A program made the position numbers and the translations under genes. The notes beneath the pieces are model-generated. The model did not search any database and was not told the origin of the DNA. It saw nothing but the letters and a program-made list of their open reading frames with translations. 64,000 nt of DNA from a virus, in IMG/VR virus record IMGVR_UViG_3300042894_006198, positions 64,001-128,000 of that record; one strand, given 5' to 3'. Positions 40,237 through 50,337 of this stretch are shown here, piece after piece. Each line of letters opens with the position of its first letter. Within the stretch, counting starts at the first letter, position 1.

Positions 40237-40992
40237 TAGTTTAGCTATTTGTATAGCTAGTTCATCATTACGTGGTGCATCAGGTAAATCGTTATTGTTT
40301 ATATCACGATATCCAATGATTGGAAACTCTACGTTTTCATTTCTAATAAATCGTTGAATAAGTTCTTTTGGTGCAGCAATACCATCAGCATCCATTAATT
40401 GACCATTAGGCAATTCTAATACAGCATGATCGGCACGTTTGCCATACGGTGTGTCAGCAATTAGTACAACCACTTTACCACCATATTTTTTCTGTAGTGC
40501 TTGGGCAAAAACTACACACCCACCATCAAACGGTCCGCTATCGGTTTGTTGTACTAGTAATGTATATATTTTGTTCTTATTTTTAAATGGAAATTTACCT
40601 TCATGTATGATTTTTCTAGCTACTATACCATGACCAACAGGATATTCTTTATTAAACCTAATAGGTTGTAGCATTGGATAGAGGTATTTTGTTGTACCAC
40701 TTTGTATATCAAACTTAGAACCACGTGGTACAAGATGTTTACGCTCTAGTTTTCTAAATGTATCTTCATCTACAACAATAGGTTCGCCCACTATGATAGA
40801 ACCTATAGCAACTGCCTTACCTGTACCTGTACGAACGATGCCAACACGTTTGCCTATGTATGGGTTAAGGGATGGTCCACGCCTACTTTCGTAATACTTT
40901 TTACCATCTACTATAAGGTCAGCATAGTGTATATCACCATCGCTACGAATGTTTATGCCTATGGATGGTATATCAAACTCATTAAACTTCAT
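40231..40992 (-). CDS. ASCH-like domain fused to a Cys-His-Asp (papain/transglutaminase-like) domain
   Basis: YADLIVDGKK.YE.R...AIG ASCH-like motif; after the IHE junction, GGCVVFA.AL...HAVL...MDADG. Confidence 0.65.
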   Translation of the reverse strand: MKFNEFDIPSIGINIRSDGDIHYADLIVDGKKYYESRRGPSLNPYIGKRVGIVRTGTGKAVAIGSIIVGEPIVVDEDTFRKLERKHLVPRGSKFDIQSGTTKYLYPMLQPIRFNKEYPVGHGIVARKIIHEGKFPFKNKNKIYTLLVQQTDSGPFDGGCVVFAQALQKKYGGKVVVLIADTPYGKRADHAVLELPNGQLMDADGIAAPKELIQRFIRNENVEFPIIGYRDINNNDLPDAPRNDELAIQIAKLL

Positions 40993-41209
40993 TTTTTATT
41001 TGTTCACGTTTTTCAACATACTCTTGATATAGTTCTATTTCTTTCATATTGATTAGGTATGACTTGCCACCTGTCATATGGTTTTTCAACATACCTTCAC
41101 TTAGCCATTGTAATCTTTGTTTAAATTCTTCCAAATTAGAACATTTCATATATTCATATGAATTCATGAGTTCTTTTCTTAGCGCATTTAATTTTTGTTG
41201 TTTAGTCAT
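40982..41209 (-). CDS. Hypothetical protein
   Basis: 75 aa; coupled to neighbours. Confidence 0.55.
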   Translation of the reverse strand: MTKQQKLNALRKELMNSYEYMKCSNLEEFKQRLQWLSEGMLKNHMTGGKSYLINMKEIELYQEYVEKREQIKNEV

Positions 41210-41303
41210 GATCTACCGTTATATGTCCATAATTCCATCGACTCAAATTGTAATATTGAGTGGTTTCTTCTCTTGATTCAGTAATAAATTCAGTAGCTCT
41301 CAT
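41202..41303 (-). CDS. 33-aa peptide with capsid-targeting-like N-terminus (MRATEFITE)
   Basis: Minus-strand TAAATA (41309-41314), N5, ATG. N-terminus nearly identical to MRAKEFITE at 43243. Confidence 0.6.
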   Translation of the reverse strand: MRATEFITESREETTQYYNLSRWNYGHITVDHD

Positions 41304-41308
41304 TTATA

Positions 41309-41330
41309 TATTTATGAGCAACGCTAAATA
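41309..41330. promoter_or_regulatory. Back-to-back divergent late promoters
   Basis: TAAATA on minus (41309-41314) and plus (41325-41330), each exactly 5 nt from an ATG. Confidence 0.75.
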
Positions 41331-41335
41331 TTATA

Positions 41336-42799
41336 ATGGATAAAAAGCACAAAAAATTACTAAAGTTTACTGATTGGGTTATTGGTCGTTTAGGCATAAA
41401 AAATAAACCACAGATACGATTTAGTGATGACAAAACAGAAGTTACCAAACATAGAACATTTGGTTCGACCACCCCTAATAATACCATATGGGTCCATGTT
41501 GGTGACCGTAATACCGCAGATGTAATGCGTACGTTATGCCATGAACTAGTACATGCTAAACAATTTGAAATTGGTACCGCTAAACCACAGATGGACCCAA
41601 AGCGTGAACAAGGCATAGAAGATGAAGCAAATGCTATGGCAGGACGTATGATGCGTAAGTATGGTAAGATGGATGCTACCATATATGAGAGTAAAGAACG
41701 AGCATGTTGTGCAGAATTGCGTCAAGGGTTACTAAAGCTAGAAAAGACTGATTACGATACGATTGATCGTTTAATGAAGAAAATAGCTAAAAAACATGAC
41801 ATTACTCCAAAACAATTACATGATTACTTTGTTGAAACACATGGTGTTATACCTGATACATGGATTAAAAACAAGAAGAAAGAGTTAAAAGAAAGTGATT
41901 TAGGCGAATATAAAATTGTTAACATTCCTGAGTTTAGAATACAAGAATTGATCAAAAGCGGTAATGAATACAAAGATGATATGAAAATTATTAAATCGCC
42001 TGTAAGTGATTTGTTTAGAGTAAGATTAGATATAGAGCATCCATATCGTGATTACTTTTTATATGATAAGAAAAATGATGTGTGTGTTGGTGCAGTATCT
42101 ATTGAAACTGTTACTTCAATCCCTAGAAAATCTTTTAATTCTGTACTTAAACCCAATGTAGCGGTTGTTAGTCCACATATAGTATTGGATAAACAATTTC
42201 GTCAAAGTGGATTAGGTAGTAGAATATATTCTAGTTTTTTAAATAGTAAAAAATGGGTGTTTATTACTGATAGGCATACTGAAGCAGCGTCAAAGTTATG
42301 GAATGCATTAAGCATTAAAAATGGCTTTGTGTCTATTTTTTATGATGTTGTCAAACAGAAAGTAGTTAATGATGTAAATGAAAATACCTTTCGTTTGATT
42401 GGTTCACCTGAGCATTTTAAAATGTCTTTATCAGAAAGTCGTGAAGGGTCATTAACGCATGAAGTAGCTGACAGTTTACCACATGCTTATGTATTACCTG
42501 ATATTAATAGTGGAAATCCTTACTTGCAATATAAGTTTGGTGTAGCGATTGCATCAGCACGAGGAGCACAAGCACGTAAAGATGATGATATTAACCCATT
42601 TGACGAAAACGGTATGCTTGATGTTTTTTCTGATAAAGAGTTTGTAGTAAGTTTCGATCCACACATTGATCAAATTATTAGTGCTGCTTTAAAAAAAATT
42701 GGTATGCCTGATAATAAAAAATTAGTTGGGGTAAAAGGTAGTAAAGAGGATAAGGATGTTGACAAAGTAAGTCCTGTCATAGGGTTTAGAGGATTTTAG
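41336..42799 (+). CDS. Four-module protein: HExxH zinc-peptidase-like, small helical module, GNAT-like acetyltransferase, C-terminal module
   Basis: TLCHELVH; FRQSGLGSRIY and T.AA.KLW..L; module junctions at IYE-S, LKE-S, LSE-S. Confidence 0.7.
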   Translation: MDKKHKKLLKFTDWVIGRLGIKNKPQIRFSDDKTEVTKHRTFGSTTPNNTIWVHVGDRNTADVMRTLCHELVHAKQFEIGTAKPQMDPKREQGIEDEANAMAGRMMRKYGKMDATIYESKERACCAELRQGLLKLEKTDYDTIDRLMKKIAKKHDITPKQLHDYFVETHGVIPDTWIKNKKKELKESDLGEYKIVNIPEFRIQELIKSGNEYKDDMKIIKSPVSDLFRVRLDIEHPYRDYFLYDKKNDVCVGAVSIETVTSIPRKSFNSVLKPNVAVVSPHIVLDKQFRQSGLGSRIYSSFLNSKKWVFITDRHTEAASKLWNALSIKNGFVSIFYDVVKQKVVNDVNENTFRLIGSPEHFKMSLSESREGSLTHEVADSLPHAYVLPDINSGNPYLQYKFGVAIASARGAQARKDDDINPFDENGMLDVFSDKEFVVSFDPHIDQIISAALKKIGMPDNKKLVGVKGSKEDKDVDKVSPVIGFRGF

Positions 42800-42800
42800 C

Positions 42801-43235
42801 ATGAAAATTTATGAAATTTTAAAAGAAGATACATCAGATCGTCCTCATTTATCTAAAGAACAATTGGATGCAGTTGAACGTTTTGCCGATAAGTTATGGG
42901 AAAAATTAGGTATAGATGTAAAGTTTGGCACTCATTTTTTAGAACGTTTATATCGTTATGAAAATGACCCACCTATTTCAGGAGCAGAGTTAGTTCGTTT
43001 ATTCAAACAAGAATATCAAAAATACGGTAAAGAAATTGCTTCACTACCACCTGAAACTGAAGGTGTTTTTATGGATTTACTCACTAATGTAAACCTACCA
43101 TTTGTGATTAAACAGCGTGATGATGATGAACCTAAGAAAATATTAGGGCAAACGATAATGCGTAAACCTAGTAATACCACTAAAGGACAATTTGTCCCTA
43201 AAGGTCCTGCATTTAAAATTGGTAGAACGGATTAA
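42801..43235 (+). CDS. Putative internal head protein
   Basis: N-terminus MKIYEILKE; HFLER...TIMRK. Confidence 0.6.
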   Translation: MKIYEILKEDTSDRPHLSKEQLDAVERFADKLWEKLGIDVKFGTHFLERLYRYENDPPISGAELVRLFKQEYQKYGKEIASLPPETEGVFMDLLTNVNLPFVIKQRDDDEPKKILGQTIMRKPSNTTKGQFVPKGPAFKIGRTD

Positions 43236-43242
43236 ATACAAT

Positions 43243-43614
43243 ATGCGAGCTAAAGAATTTATAACAGAACAAAACAGTATTGGTGAACCACCTGTACGTG
43301 CTAGAGAAGCATCACGTGGATTGCATAAGTTTCGTGACATTGAAGGTATGGATCGTATTTACGAACTTAATCGTGTTATGATGGCAGTTGCTTGTACAGA
43401 TGGAACAAAACCTGTCGAGTTAAATTCAGAAAGTTATACAGGTAGATATAATACAGCACATCCTTATACAAAAGAAGAACAAGATATGTTAAAAGTTGCA
43501 TATGCTGCAGTGGGTTCAGATATGCATGATTTTAATAACGGTGATATGCGTAGTTTAGAAGTAAAAGAAACTAATAAATCAAGCCCAATACAAGCTTTCA
43601 AAGGCTTTAAATAA
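43243..43614 (+). CDS. Putative internal head protein, paralog of the C-terminal module of 41336..42799
   Basis: MRAKEFITE; YELNR.MMAVA...S.E....NK.SP matches YLQYKFGVAIA...SKE....DK.SP. Confidence 0.65.
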   Translation: MRAKEFITEQNSIGEPPVRAREASRGLHKFRDIEGMDRIYELNRVMMAVACTDGTKPVELNSESYTGRYNTAHPYTKEEQDMLKVAYAAVGSDMHDFNNGDMRSLEVKETNKSSPIQAFKGFK

Positions 43615-43662
43615 TTTTACTTCCGTCTTAATATCGTATAAGTAGTTACACAGAGGACTACT

Positions 43663-44358
43663 ATGAAAAATATTGATATAAACAAAACAATTGATGCTGT
43701 GAAATTAAAATGGTATCACGAATGGTTAGCCACACATATCTACGATGAAGGTGAAAGCGGATTTCACGAACAACTTACCAGACAAGTTGTTGAAAAATAT
43801 ATTGACCCACTTAATTTAAGCAAAGACGCAAAGATTTTAGACATGGGCTGCGGTCCAGGCTACTTTATGAACGAACTTAAAAAACGTGGTTACAATAATT
43901 ATCTTGGTATAACATTAAGTCAAGGTGATATTGATATTTGTACAAAAAATGGGCATACGGTAGAATCATATGATTTAAGCTTTTTACCGCAAAAGAAAGG
44001 GTATATAGATGAATCTGTTGATTTTATTTTTTGTAGACATGCTTTAGAACATAGCCCTTACCCATTGTTTACTTTGGTTGAATATAATAGAGTTTTAGTA
44101 CAAAATGGTAAAATTTATATTGAAGTACCTGCACCTGATTGTGACAGAATGCATGAATTTAATATTAATCATTATAGCATTTTAGGTGAGCGCATGTTAG
44201 CTGCATTGTTACAGCGCACAGGATTTACCATTAATGCGTTTGAAAATTTAGAATTTGATTTAAGTATTGGGCAAAATGAAGATGGTACACCAAAGAAAGT
44301 ACGTGAAAAATTTTATTGTGTAGTTGCTACAAAGGCTAGACCACTTGATTTAAAATAA
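43663..44358 (+). CDS. Class I SAM-dependent methyltransferase
   Basis: ILDMGCGPG, SVDFIF.RHALEH, E..RVL...G. Confidence 0.9.
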   Translation: MKNIDINKTIDAVKLKWYHEWLATHIYDEGESGFHEQLTRQVVEKYIDPLNLSKDAKILDMGCGPGYFMNELKKRGYNNYLGITLSQGDIDICTKNGHTVESYDLSFLPQKKGYIDESVDFIFCRHALEHSPYPLFTLVEYNRVLVQNGKIYIEVPAPDCDRMHEFNINHYSILGERMLAALLQRTGFTINAFENLEFDLSIGQNEDGTPKKVREKFYCVVATKARPLDLK

Positions 44359-44375
44359 CACTCATAAATATCTTT

Positions 44376-44570
44376 ATGAGTGATTTAGATGATTTAAAAA
44401 AATTGGCAGGTATTACCCTGCCAAATTCTTCTGACTATGGCGCAGCCATTAGTATGTCTGCAACCCAAAAAGCACAAATCATGCGTGAAAAGAATATAAA
44501 ACCTGGAGATGCGGCATGGTTTAAATTATGGTTTGCACAAACTCATCTAACAGGTGAAAAACCAATTTAG
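44376..44570 (+). CDS. Small late protein with LDDLKKLAGI motif
   Basis: TAAATA-N5-ATG; IKPG...WFKLWF. Confidence 0.7.
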   Translation: MSDLDDLKKLAGITLPNSSDYGAAISMSATQKAQIMREKNIKPGDAAWFKLWFAQTHLTGEKPI

Positions 44571-44600
44571 ATAAATAATTTATATTGGGAATTTTAAAAA

Positions 44601-46319
44601 ATGGCAGAACCTAATCCATCAAATGTAGCACCTTGGTATTTACGTAATATTAATCAAGCACTTGCTTTAGACTCAACTACGGGCAATGTATATGTTCGCA
44701 CTGATGCTAATATAAGTTTTGGCAATGCAAACCTAACAATTGGAAATGTAGGTATCACAAGTTTAGGTAATGTGGTAATAAGTGGTAATACATTACCTGT
44801 TACTGTAAGTGGTGGAAATTTAAACGCTAATGTTACAGGTAGTACTGTATCATTAAGTGGTAACTTAGCGGGTATTACAGGTAATGTAACCATTGTTGAT
44901 GGTGGTGGAAGCATTACAATAGATGGTACAGTTGGTATTAGTGGTAATGTCAATATTGGCACAATGCCTAATGTAAACGCTTCAATTTCAGGAAATGTTA
45001 ATATTGGTACAATGCCTGAAATTGAAATTAAAAATGATTCAGGTAATCCCATACCTGTATCAAAAGATACCAATGTTAATAGTGTAACTAATCCACTTTA
45101 TGTAGAGGGAGTAAACAATGCAAGTTTTTTTGCTCCAACACAAAGTGATAGTTTTGGTAGATTGCGTGTAAGTAATCCACAAACATTATTTGATACACAA
45201 AGTAGATATTACAACCATAATCAGTTTGCTAGTAATGTAGCAGGCGCAGGTACATATACATTTGATAGCAACAGTAGCACATTTGCTATGGCAGTCAATA
45301 CCGCTAGCGGTGATAAAGTATATGCAGAAACATACAAAGTTTTCCCTTATCAGCCAGGTAAGAGTTTACTAATTTATTCATCATTCTGTATGAATATTGC
45401 TAAACCTAATCTACGCCAACGTGTGGGTTATTTTAGTAGTCAAAATGGCATCTACTTTGAACAAAGTGACAGCACATTATATATGGTTATTCGTAGTTAT
45501 AGTTCAGGTAGTGTAGTAGAAACTAGAGTAGCACAAAGTAGTTGGAATGGTGATCCATTAAATGGCCTTGGACCGAGCGGTATTGAATTGAACCCCGCAG
45601 TAGACCAAATCTTTTTCTGTGATATTGAATGGCTAGGTGTAGGTAGTGTTCGTACAGGATTCATCATTGGTGGTCAATATATTGTTGTGCATACATTTGA
45701 ACATGCTAATATAGCAGGTAATACTACAACTTATATGAGTACTGGTAGTTTACCACTAAGATTTGAAATTGAAAACACAGGTACAGCAAGTAGTTCTAGC
45801 ACACTAAGACAAATTTGTAGTACAGTAATTAGTGAAGGTGGTTACTCATTGTCAGGAACACCTAGAAGTATTGGACATAATTTAGGTACTCCTGTACGAT
45901 TGCCTAATGACCAAAGTTTTCTACCATTGTTAAGCATAAGGTTATTAAGCACTCGTCCTGATAGCATTGTATTGCCTACATTCTTTACCATAGCACCCGT
46001 AGCACAAAGTACATTTAAGTACCGTATATATAGTAGAGCAGTTACTACTGGTGGAACATGGACCAGTATCGGAGCATCAAGTCCTATTGAATACAATTTA
46101 GCACCTACTGCGGTCAGTAGTGGAGAAATTGTTACTGAAGGATTCATCATGTCAAGTAACCAAACTGCGGCAGCTCCCAGTCAGGAATCATTTGGTTTTG
46201 AAGTTCAACTACAAAGACAGCCTTTTACTAATGTAATGTACGAATATGTAATGACAGCCGCAACTATTGGTACTAACCAAGATGTTTATGCAAGTATTGA
46301 ATGGCAAGAAGTCAATTAA
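44601..46319 (+). CDS. Virion-associated protein (beta-repeat N-terminus, lectin/jelly-roll-like C-terminus)
   Basis: ISGNVNIGTMP occurs twice; D.FGRLRVS.P, YQPGKS, EWLGVG.VR.G. Confidence 0.65.
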   Translation: MAEPNPSNVAPWYLRNINQALALDSTTGNVYVRTDANISFGNANLTIGNVGITSLGNVVISGNTLPVTVSGGNLNANVTGSTVSLSGNLAGITGNVTIVDGGGSITIDGTVGISGNVNIGTMPNVNASISGNVNIGTMPEIEIKNDSGNPIPVSKDTNVNSVTNPLYVEGVNNASFFAPTQSDSFGRLRVSNPQTLFDTQSRYYNHNQFASNVAGAGTYTFDSNSSTFAMAVNTASGDKVYAETYKVFPYQPGKSLLIYSSFCMNIAKPNLRQRVGYFSSQNGIYFEQSDSTLYMVIRSYSSGSVVETRVAQSSWNGDPLNGLGPSGIELNPAVDQIFFCDIEWLGVGSVRTGFIIGGQYIVVHTFEHANIAGNTTTYMSTGSLPLRFEIENTGTASSSSTLRQICSTVISEGGYSLSGTPRSIGHNLGTPVRLPNDQSFLPLLSIRLLSTRPDSIVLPTFFTIAPVAQSTFKYRIYSRAVTTGGTWTSIGASSPIEYNLAPTAVSSGEIVTEGFIMSSNQTAAAPSQESFGFEVQLQRQPFTNVMYEYVMTAATIGTNQDVYASIEWQEVN

Positions 46320-46337
46320 GATATTTTAAGATATGTA

Positions 46338-47903
46338 ATGAATAGTAGTATTCAACTTATAAAGAATCCTTATGAACTAACTACGTTTAAGGATGATAAA
46401 CAGTTACAAGATTTTATAAAATGTTGTGATCCAAAACATGGTTATCTATATTTTATGGATAACTTTTTTGTTATACAACATCCCACTAAAGGTAGTATGA
46501 ATTATCATCCCTACCCTTATCAAAAAAAATTAATCGAAACCTACCATAATTATCGTTTTAGTATTTCTCTTATGCCACGTCAAAGTGGTAAATCAACAAG
46601 TGCAGCAGGATATCTATTGTGGTATGCCATGTTTGTGCCTGATAGTACAATTTTAATTGCAGCACATAAGTATGCAGGTTCGCAAGAAATTATGCAACGT
46701 ATACGATATGGTTATGAAAACTGCCCATTACATATTAAAGCAGGTGTAGTGACTTATAATAAAGGATCACTAGATTTTGAAAATGGTAGTAGGATAATTA
46801 GTGCTACAACCACTGAAAATACGGGTCGTGGTCTTTCTATATCATTATTATATTTGGACGAATTTGCCTTCGTTCGCCCAGGTATTGCTAAAGAATTTTG
46901 GACTTCTATTGCTCCTACCTTAGCTACAGGTGGTAAAGCAATTATAACATCTACACCTAATAGCGATGAAGATCAATTTGCTTTGATTTGGAAAGGTGCT
47001 AATAAAACACAAGATGAGTATGGTAATGAGACAGAATTAGGTGTAAATGGTTTTAAATCTTATAAGGCACATTGGAGTGAGCAGCCTGGGAGGGATGAGG
47101 CTTGGGCTGAATCAATGAAAGCACAATTAGGTGAGGAGCGATTTAGACGTGAAATTGGTTGTGAATTTGTCATTGGTGATGAAACATTAATTAATCCACT
47201 GATGCTTACCACATTAGAAGGAATTGAACCCATTGAGCGTATGGGACAGGTAAGATGGTATTCAAAACCACAAAAAGGCAATATTTACTGTGTGGGATTA
47301 GATCCAAGTTTGGGAACAGGAAGTGATCCTGCCGCTATTCAAATATACGAAGCTAATACTACAAAACAAATTGGTGAATGGAAACACAATAAAACAACCA
47401 TACCTGAGCAAATTAAACTATTAGCAAAAATTAATGAGTATATTGTTGATATAACCAATGAACCTAATAATCTTTACTATAGTTTAGAGAATAATACAAT
47501 TGGTGAAGCAGCATTAATTTCATTGAGTGAATATGGTGAAGAAAACATTAAAGGCACTATGCTAAGCGAACCTAAAGCTGTTGGTGCTACACGTAGATAT
47601 CGAAAAGGATTCAATACCACACAAAAAAGTAAATTAGCAGCATGTAGTAAGCTGAAAAACTTAATAGAAAGTGGTAAAATGCAACTAAAAAGTAAAGCTT
47701 TAATTACTGAACTAAAAGCATTTGTTGCTGCAGAAGGTAGTTATGCAGCTAAGATCGGTGAAACAGATGACTTAGTTATGGCTACACTATTAGTAGTAAG
47801 AATTCTCCAACACTTGCAACATTATCATAGTGATTTGGATAGTCATGTTAGGGATCATAGTGAGTATATTGAACCCATGCCTTTTATAATGACGCTTGGA
47901 TAA
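46338..47903 (+). CDS. terL: Terminase large subunit (T4 gp17-like)
   Basis: PYQ, PRQSGKS Walker A, LYLDEFAF Walker B, ITSTPN, GLDPS.G, DDLVMA. Confidence 0.96.
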   Translation: MNSSIQLIKNPYELTTFKDDKQLQDFIKCCDPKHGYLYFMDNFFVIQHPTKGSMNYHPYPYQKKLIETYHNYRFSISLMPRQSGKSTSAAGYLLWYAMFVPDSTILIAAHKYAGSQEIMQRIRYGYENCPLHIKAGVVTYNKGSLDFENGSRIISATTTENTGRGLSISLLYLDEFAFVRPGIAKEFWTSIAPTLATGGKAIITSTPNSDEDQFALIWKGANKTQDEYGNETELGVNGFKSYKAHWSEQPGRDEAWAESMKAQLGEERFRREIGCEFVIGDETLINPLMLTTLEGIEPIERMGQVRWYSKPQKGNIYCVGLDPSLGTGSDPAAIQIYEANTTKQIGEWKHNKTTIPEQIKLLAKINEYIVDITNEPNNLYYSLENNTIGEAALISLSEYGEENIKGTMLSEPKAVGATRRYRKGFNTTQKSKLAACSKLKNLIESGKMQLKSKALITELKAFVAAEGSYAAKIGETDDLVMATLLVVRILQHLQHYHSDLDSHVRDHSEYIEPMPFIMTLG

Positions 47904-47939
47904 TAAAGTAGATAAATACACTATCATAGTGGATTTATC

Positions 47940-50336
47940 ATGCCTAAAAGTAATGAATTAATTAACGTCGATCTTGATAATTTCTTGAATGCAAGAAATC
48001 TAGATGCTGTACCGTACGATAGTAGCGGTAAACAAGTTCCTATTCCTGATGATGCTGAAGTATTTCAGTTTACATTTGCGCCAAATGGTAGTGAACAAGG
48101 CACAGCCACGGTATCAATTGATGGTACTAAGTCATTAAACTTATATTATGATGATGCAATAATTAAAGAAGATGACCACGATGAATGGTTTGATTTTGTA
48201 AAATCACTTAAACGTTTTGCAACACAGCATCAATTAAGTTTTAAAACAAAAAATATTGACAGATTGGCAAATGATATGAAAAAACGTGAACATCTTAAAA
48301 AACTAGAAGAAGGATATTACGGTACACGTCATACAAGTTATAGCGACAAAAACCCAGGTACCGTCAAAATGATCATCAAACATAGCAGACCACTTGATGA
48401 GAATGATCAGCGTTTTCGTAATATTGAAAAGATTTTCCTTGAAACTGAAACAGGCGAGCGTTTTTTGCTTGATACCAAAAAACCAAGTATTGGTCGAGCA
48501 TATGCACGTCATTTAGCTGAAGGTGGACGTTATAATGATGAGCGTTGGAACCACATTCAACAAATTGCTGAAGATATTAATAAATTAGGTGGTTTTGTAC
48601 GTGCTACACGTAATAAACAATTCAATGAAAGTGCTGTAAAATTAGTTAATGAAGCACAAAATCATTACCAATCATTACGTGAAACAATAAAACAACTACA
48701 AGGATCACGTGGTTATAAGAATTATTTCGAAAGTTGGAAACCAACATTAAATGAAACAAGTGATGATAGTGCAGTAACAGAAATGTTTTTAACACAAAAG
48801 CTAGACCCACGTGTTGAAAATGCACTACCTGTTTTAAATCGTTTAGCAAAGAACTTAACAGAAATAACTGAGGTTGCTGAGTTTGAAAGTTGGGCAAATG
48901 ATATTGTTAGTGAAGTTATGCACCCAACCCAAGAAGGTACATTAGATGATTTAATCGATTTACTAGGTTCAGACAGTGATTTTTTAGCATTAGGTCCTGA
49001 TGGAAAAAATGCAATTAATGAATTAAATGGCATACTTGATAATCAAAGCTTATATGCACGTTTGCAAAAAGCAGGACGCAGTGACCCTGATCAAGACGCA
49101 CGTCCTATAATTATTGGTTGGATGCAGGAAAATGCAACTGACGAGCATTATGAAGATGTTTTAGATAAAATTGAAAAAGAACAACAGGTAACACCTGCGG
49201 CTAAACCTGCACCTCAACCTGAACAAAACAAACCAAAAACTGTCCCACCACCTCCACCTGAAGTTGCTGAGGATTATGATCCACGTTTGTCACAGAAAAC
49301 ACAAATTGCAGGTACCTTACCAACTTATCGTTATGCTAAAGGTTTGTTGGATAAGGTAGAAGGACCACAAGGTAAGACATTAGACTTTGGTGCGGGATTG
49401 GGATTAGGTTCAGCGGAAATAGGTGCTGATAGTTATGAAATGCATCCAAAAGCAGGATTCAAGCCTAACTTTGACCGTGTTGACAGTATACCTGATGAGT
49501 CATATGCAAAAATTGTATCATTAAATGTTCTTAATGTTATACCTAATGATAAAGGTTGGCGTGATGCAGCAGTAAAAGATATTGGTCGTATTCTTATGCA
49601 AGGTGGTTCAGCACTTATCACTACACGTGGTAAAGATGTGTTAGCTGCAAAAGGTGAGCCACAAGATGAACCTAATAGTATCATAACAACTGCAGGAACG
49701 TTCCAAAAAGGATTTAGCCCACAAGAACTAAAAGGTTATGTACAAAATGTACTTGGTGGTGGGTTCACCGTTAAGACTGTAAAAGTAGGTAGTGCACCTG
49801 CAGCAATCTTAGTCACTAAGGGTGGTGAGCAAGTTAATGAACTTAAAGGTAAGATGCCTACACCTGACGAAGTAAAAGCACTGTTACAAAAACAAAAAGA
49901 TCGTTTTGCTCAACAAGGTTTTGTACGTGCTAAAGATGAAACAGAACAAATGCTTAAACAACGTGATACGCAACCTAGTGCTAAAGTGGAGGAATATTTA
50001 AAAGAGTTTGAAGGTGAAATTGAAGAGGCATGTTGGAAAGGCTATCATAAAGAGGGTATGAAAACCATGTTTGGTAAAAAATATCCTAATTGTGTAAAAA
50101 ATAAAGCCAATGAAAGTTCAGTACAAGAAGCATCTAAAGATAAAGAATCTTCAGTAACCGTACGTAACCCTGTAGCCAAAAATGCAATGGCAGGAATTGG
50201 TGGTGGTGGTATGGGCAAACACAAAGATAAAAAACAAGCTGATAAGCGTGGTGAAGTAAAACATAAAAAAGATAAAGTCCCAATGGATCTTGAAGAAGGA
50301 TCACTTGATAGGATTAGAAAACTATCAGGTCTATAA
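47940..50336 (+). CDS. Large multi-module head-associated protein with an embedded SAM methyltransferase domain
   Basis: Many [LIVF]xE sites; TLDFGAGLG...NVLNVI...GG.A.ITTR; CWKGY...PNCV module; C-terminal LDRIRKLSGL. Confidence 0.65.
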   Translation: MPKSNELINVDLDNFLNARNLDAVPYDSSGKQVPIPDDAEVFQFTFAPNGSEQGTATVSIDGTKSLNLYYDDAIIKEDDHDEWFDFVKSLKRFATQHQLSFKTKNIDRLANDMKKREHLKKLEEGYYGTRHTSYSDKNPGTVKMIIKHSRPLDENDQRFRNIEKIFLETETGERFLLDTKKPSIGRAYARHLAEGGRYNDERWNHIQQIAEDINKLGGFVRATRNKQFNESAVKLVNEAQNHYQSLRETIKQLQGSRGYKNYFESWKPTLNETSDDSAVTEMFLTQKLDPRVENALPVLNRLAKNLTEITEVAEFESWANDIVSEVMHPTQEGTLDDLIDLLGSDSDFLALGPDGKNAINELNGILDNQSLYARLQKAGRSDPDQDARPIIIGWMQENATDEHYEDVLDKIEKEQQVTPAAKPAPQPEQNKPKTVPPPPPEVAEDYDPRLSQKTQIAGTLPTYRYAKGLLDKVEGPQGKTLDFGAGLGLGSAEIGADSYEMHPKAGFKPNFDRVDSIPDESYAKIVSLNVLNVIPNDKGWRDAAVKDIGRILMQGGSALITTRGKDVLAAKGEPQDEPNSIITTAGTFQKGFSPQELKGYVQNVLGGGFTVKTVKVGSAPAAILVTKGGEQVNELKGKMPTPDEVKALLQKQKDRFAQQGFVRAKDETEQMLKQRDTQPSAKVEEYLKEFEGEIEEACWKGYHKEGMKTMFGKKYPNCVKNKANESSVQEASKDKESSVTVRNPVAKNAMAGIGGGGMGKHKDKKQADKRGEVKHKKDKVPMDLEEGSLDRIRKLSGL

Positions 50337-50337
50337 T

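Noticed and set aside
50160-50275. RNPVAKN...KHKDKK...KHKK segment resembling ArfA-type ribosome-rescue peptides
   Set aside because: The similarity is mainly basic composition and too weak to call without a profile search.
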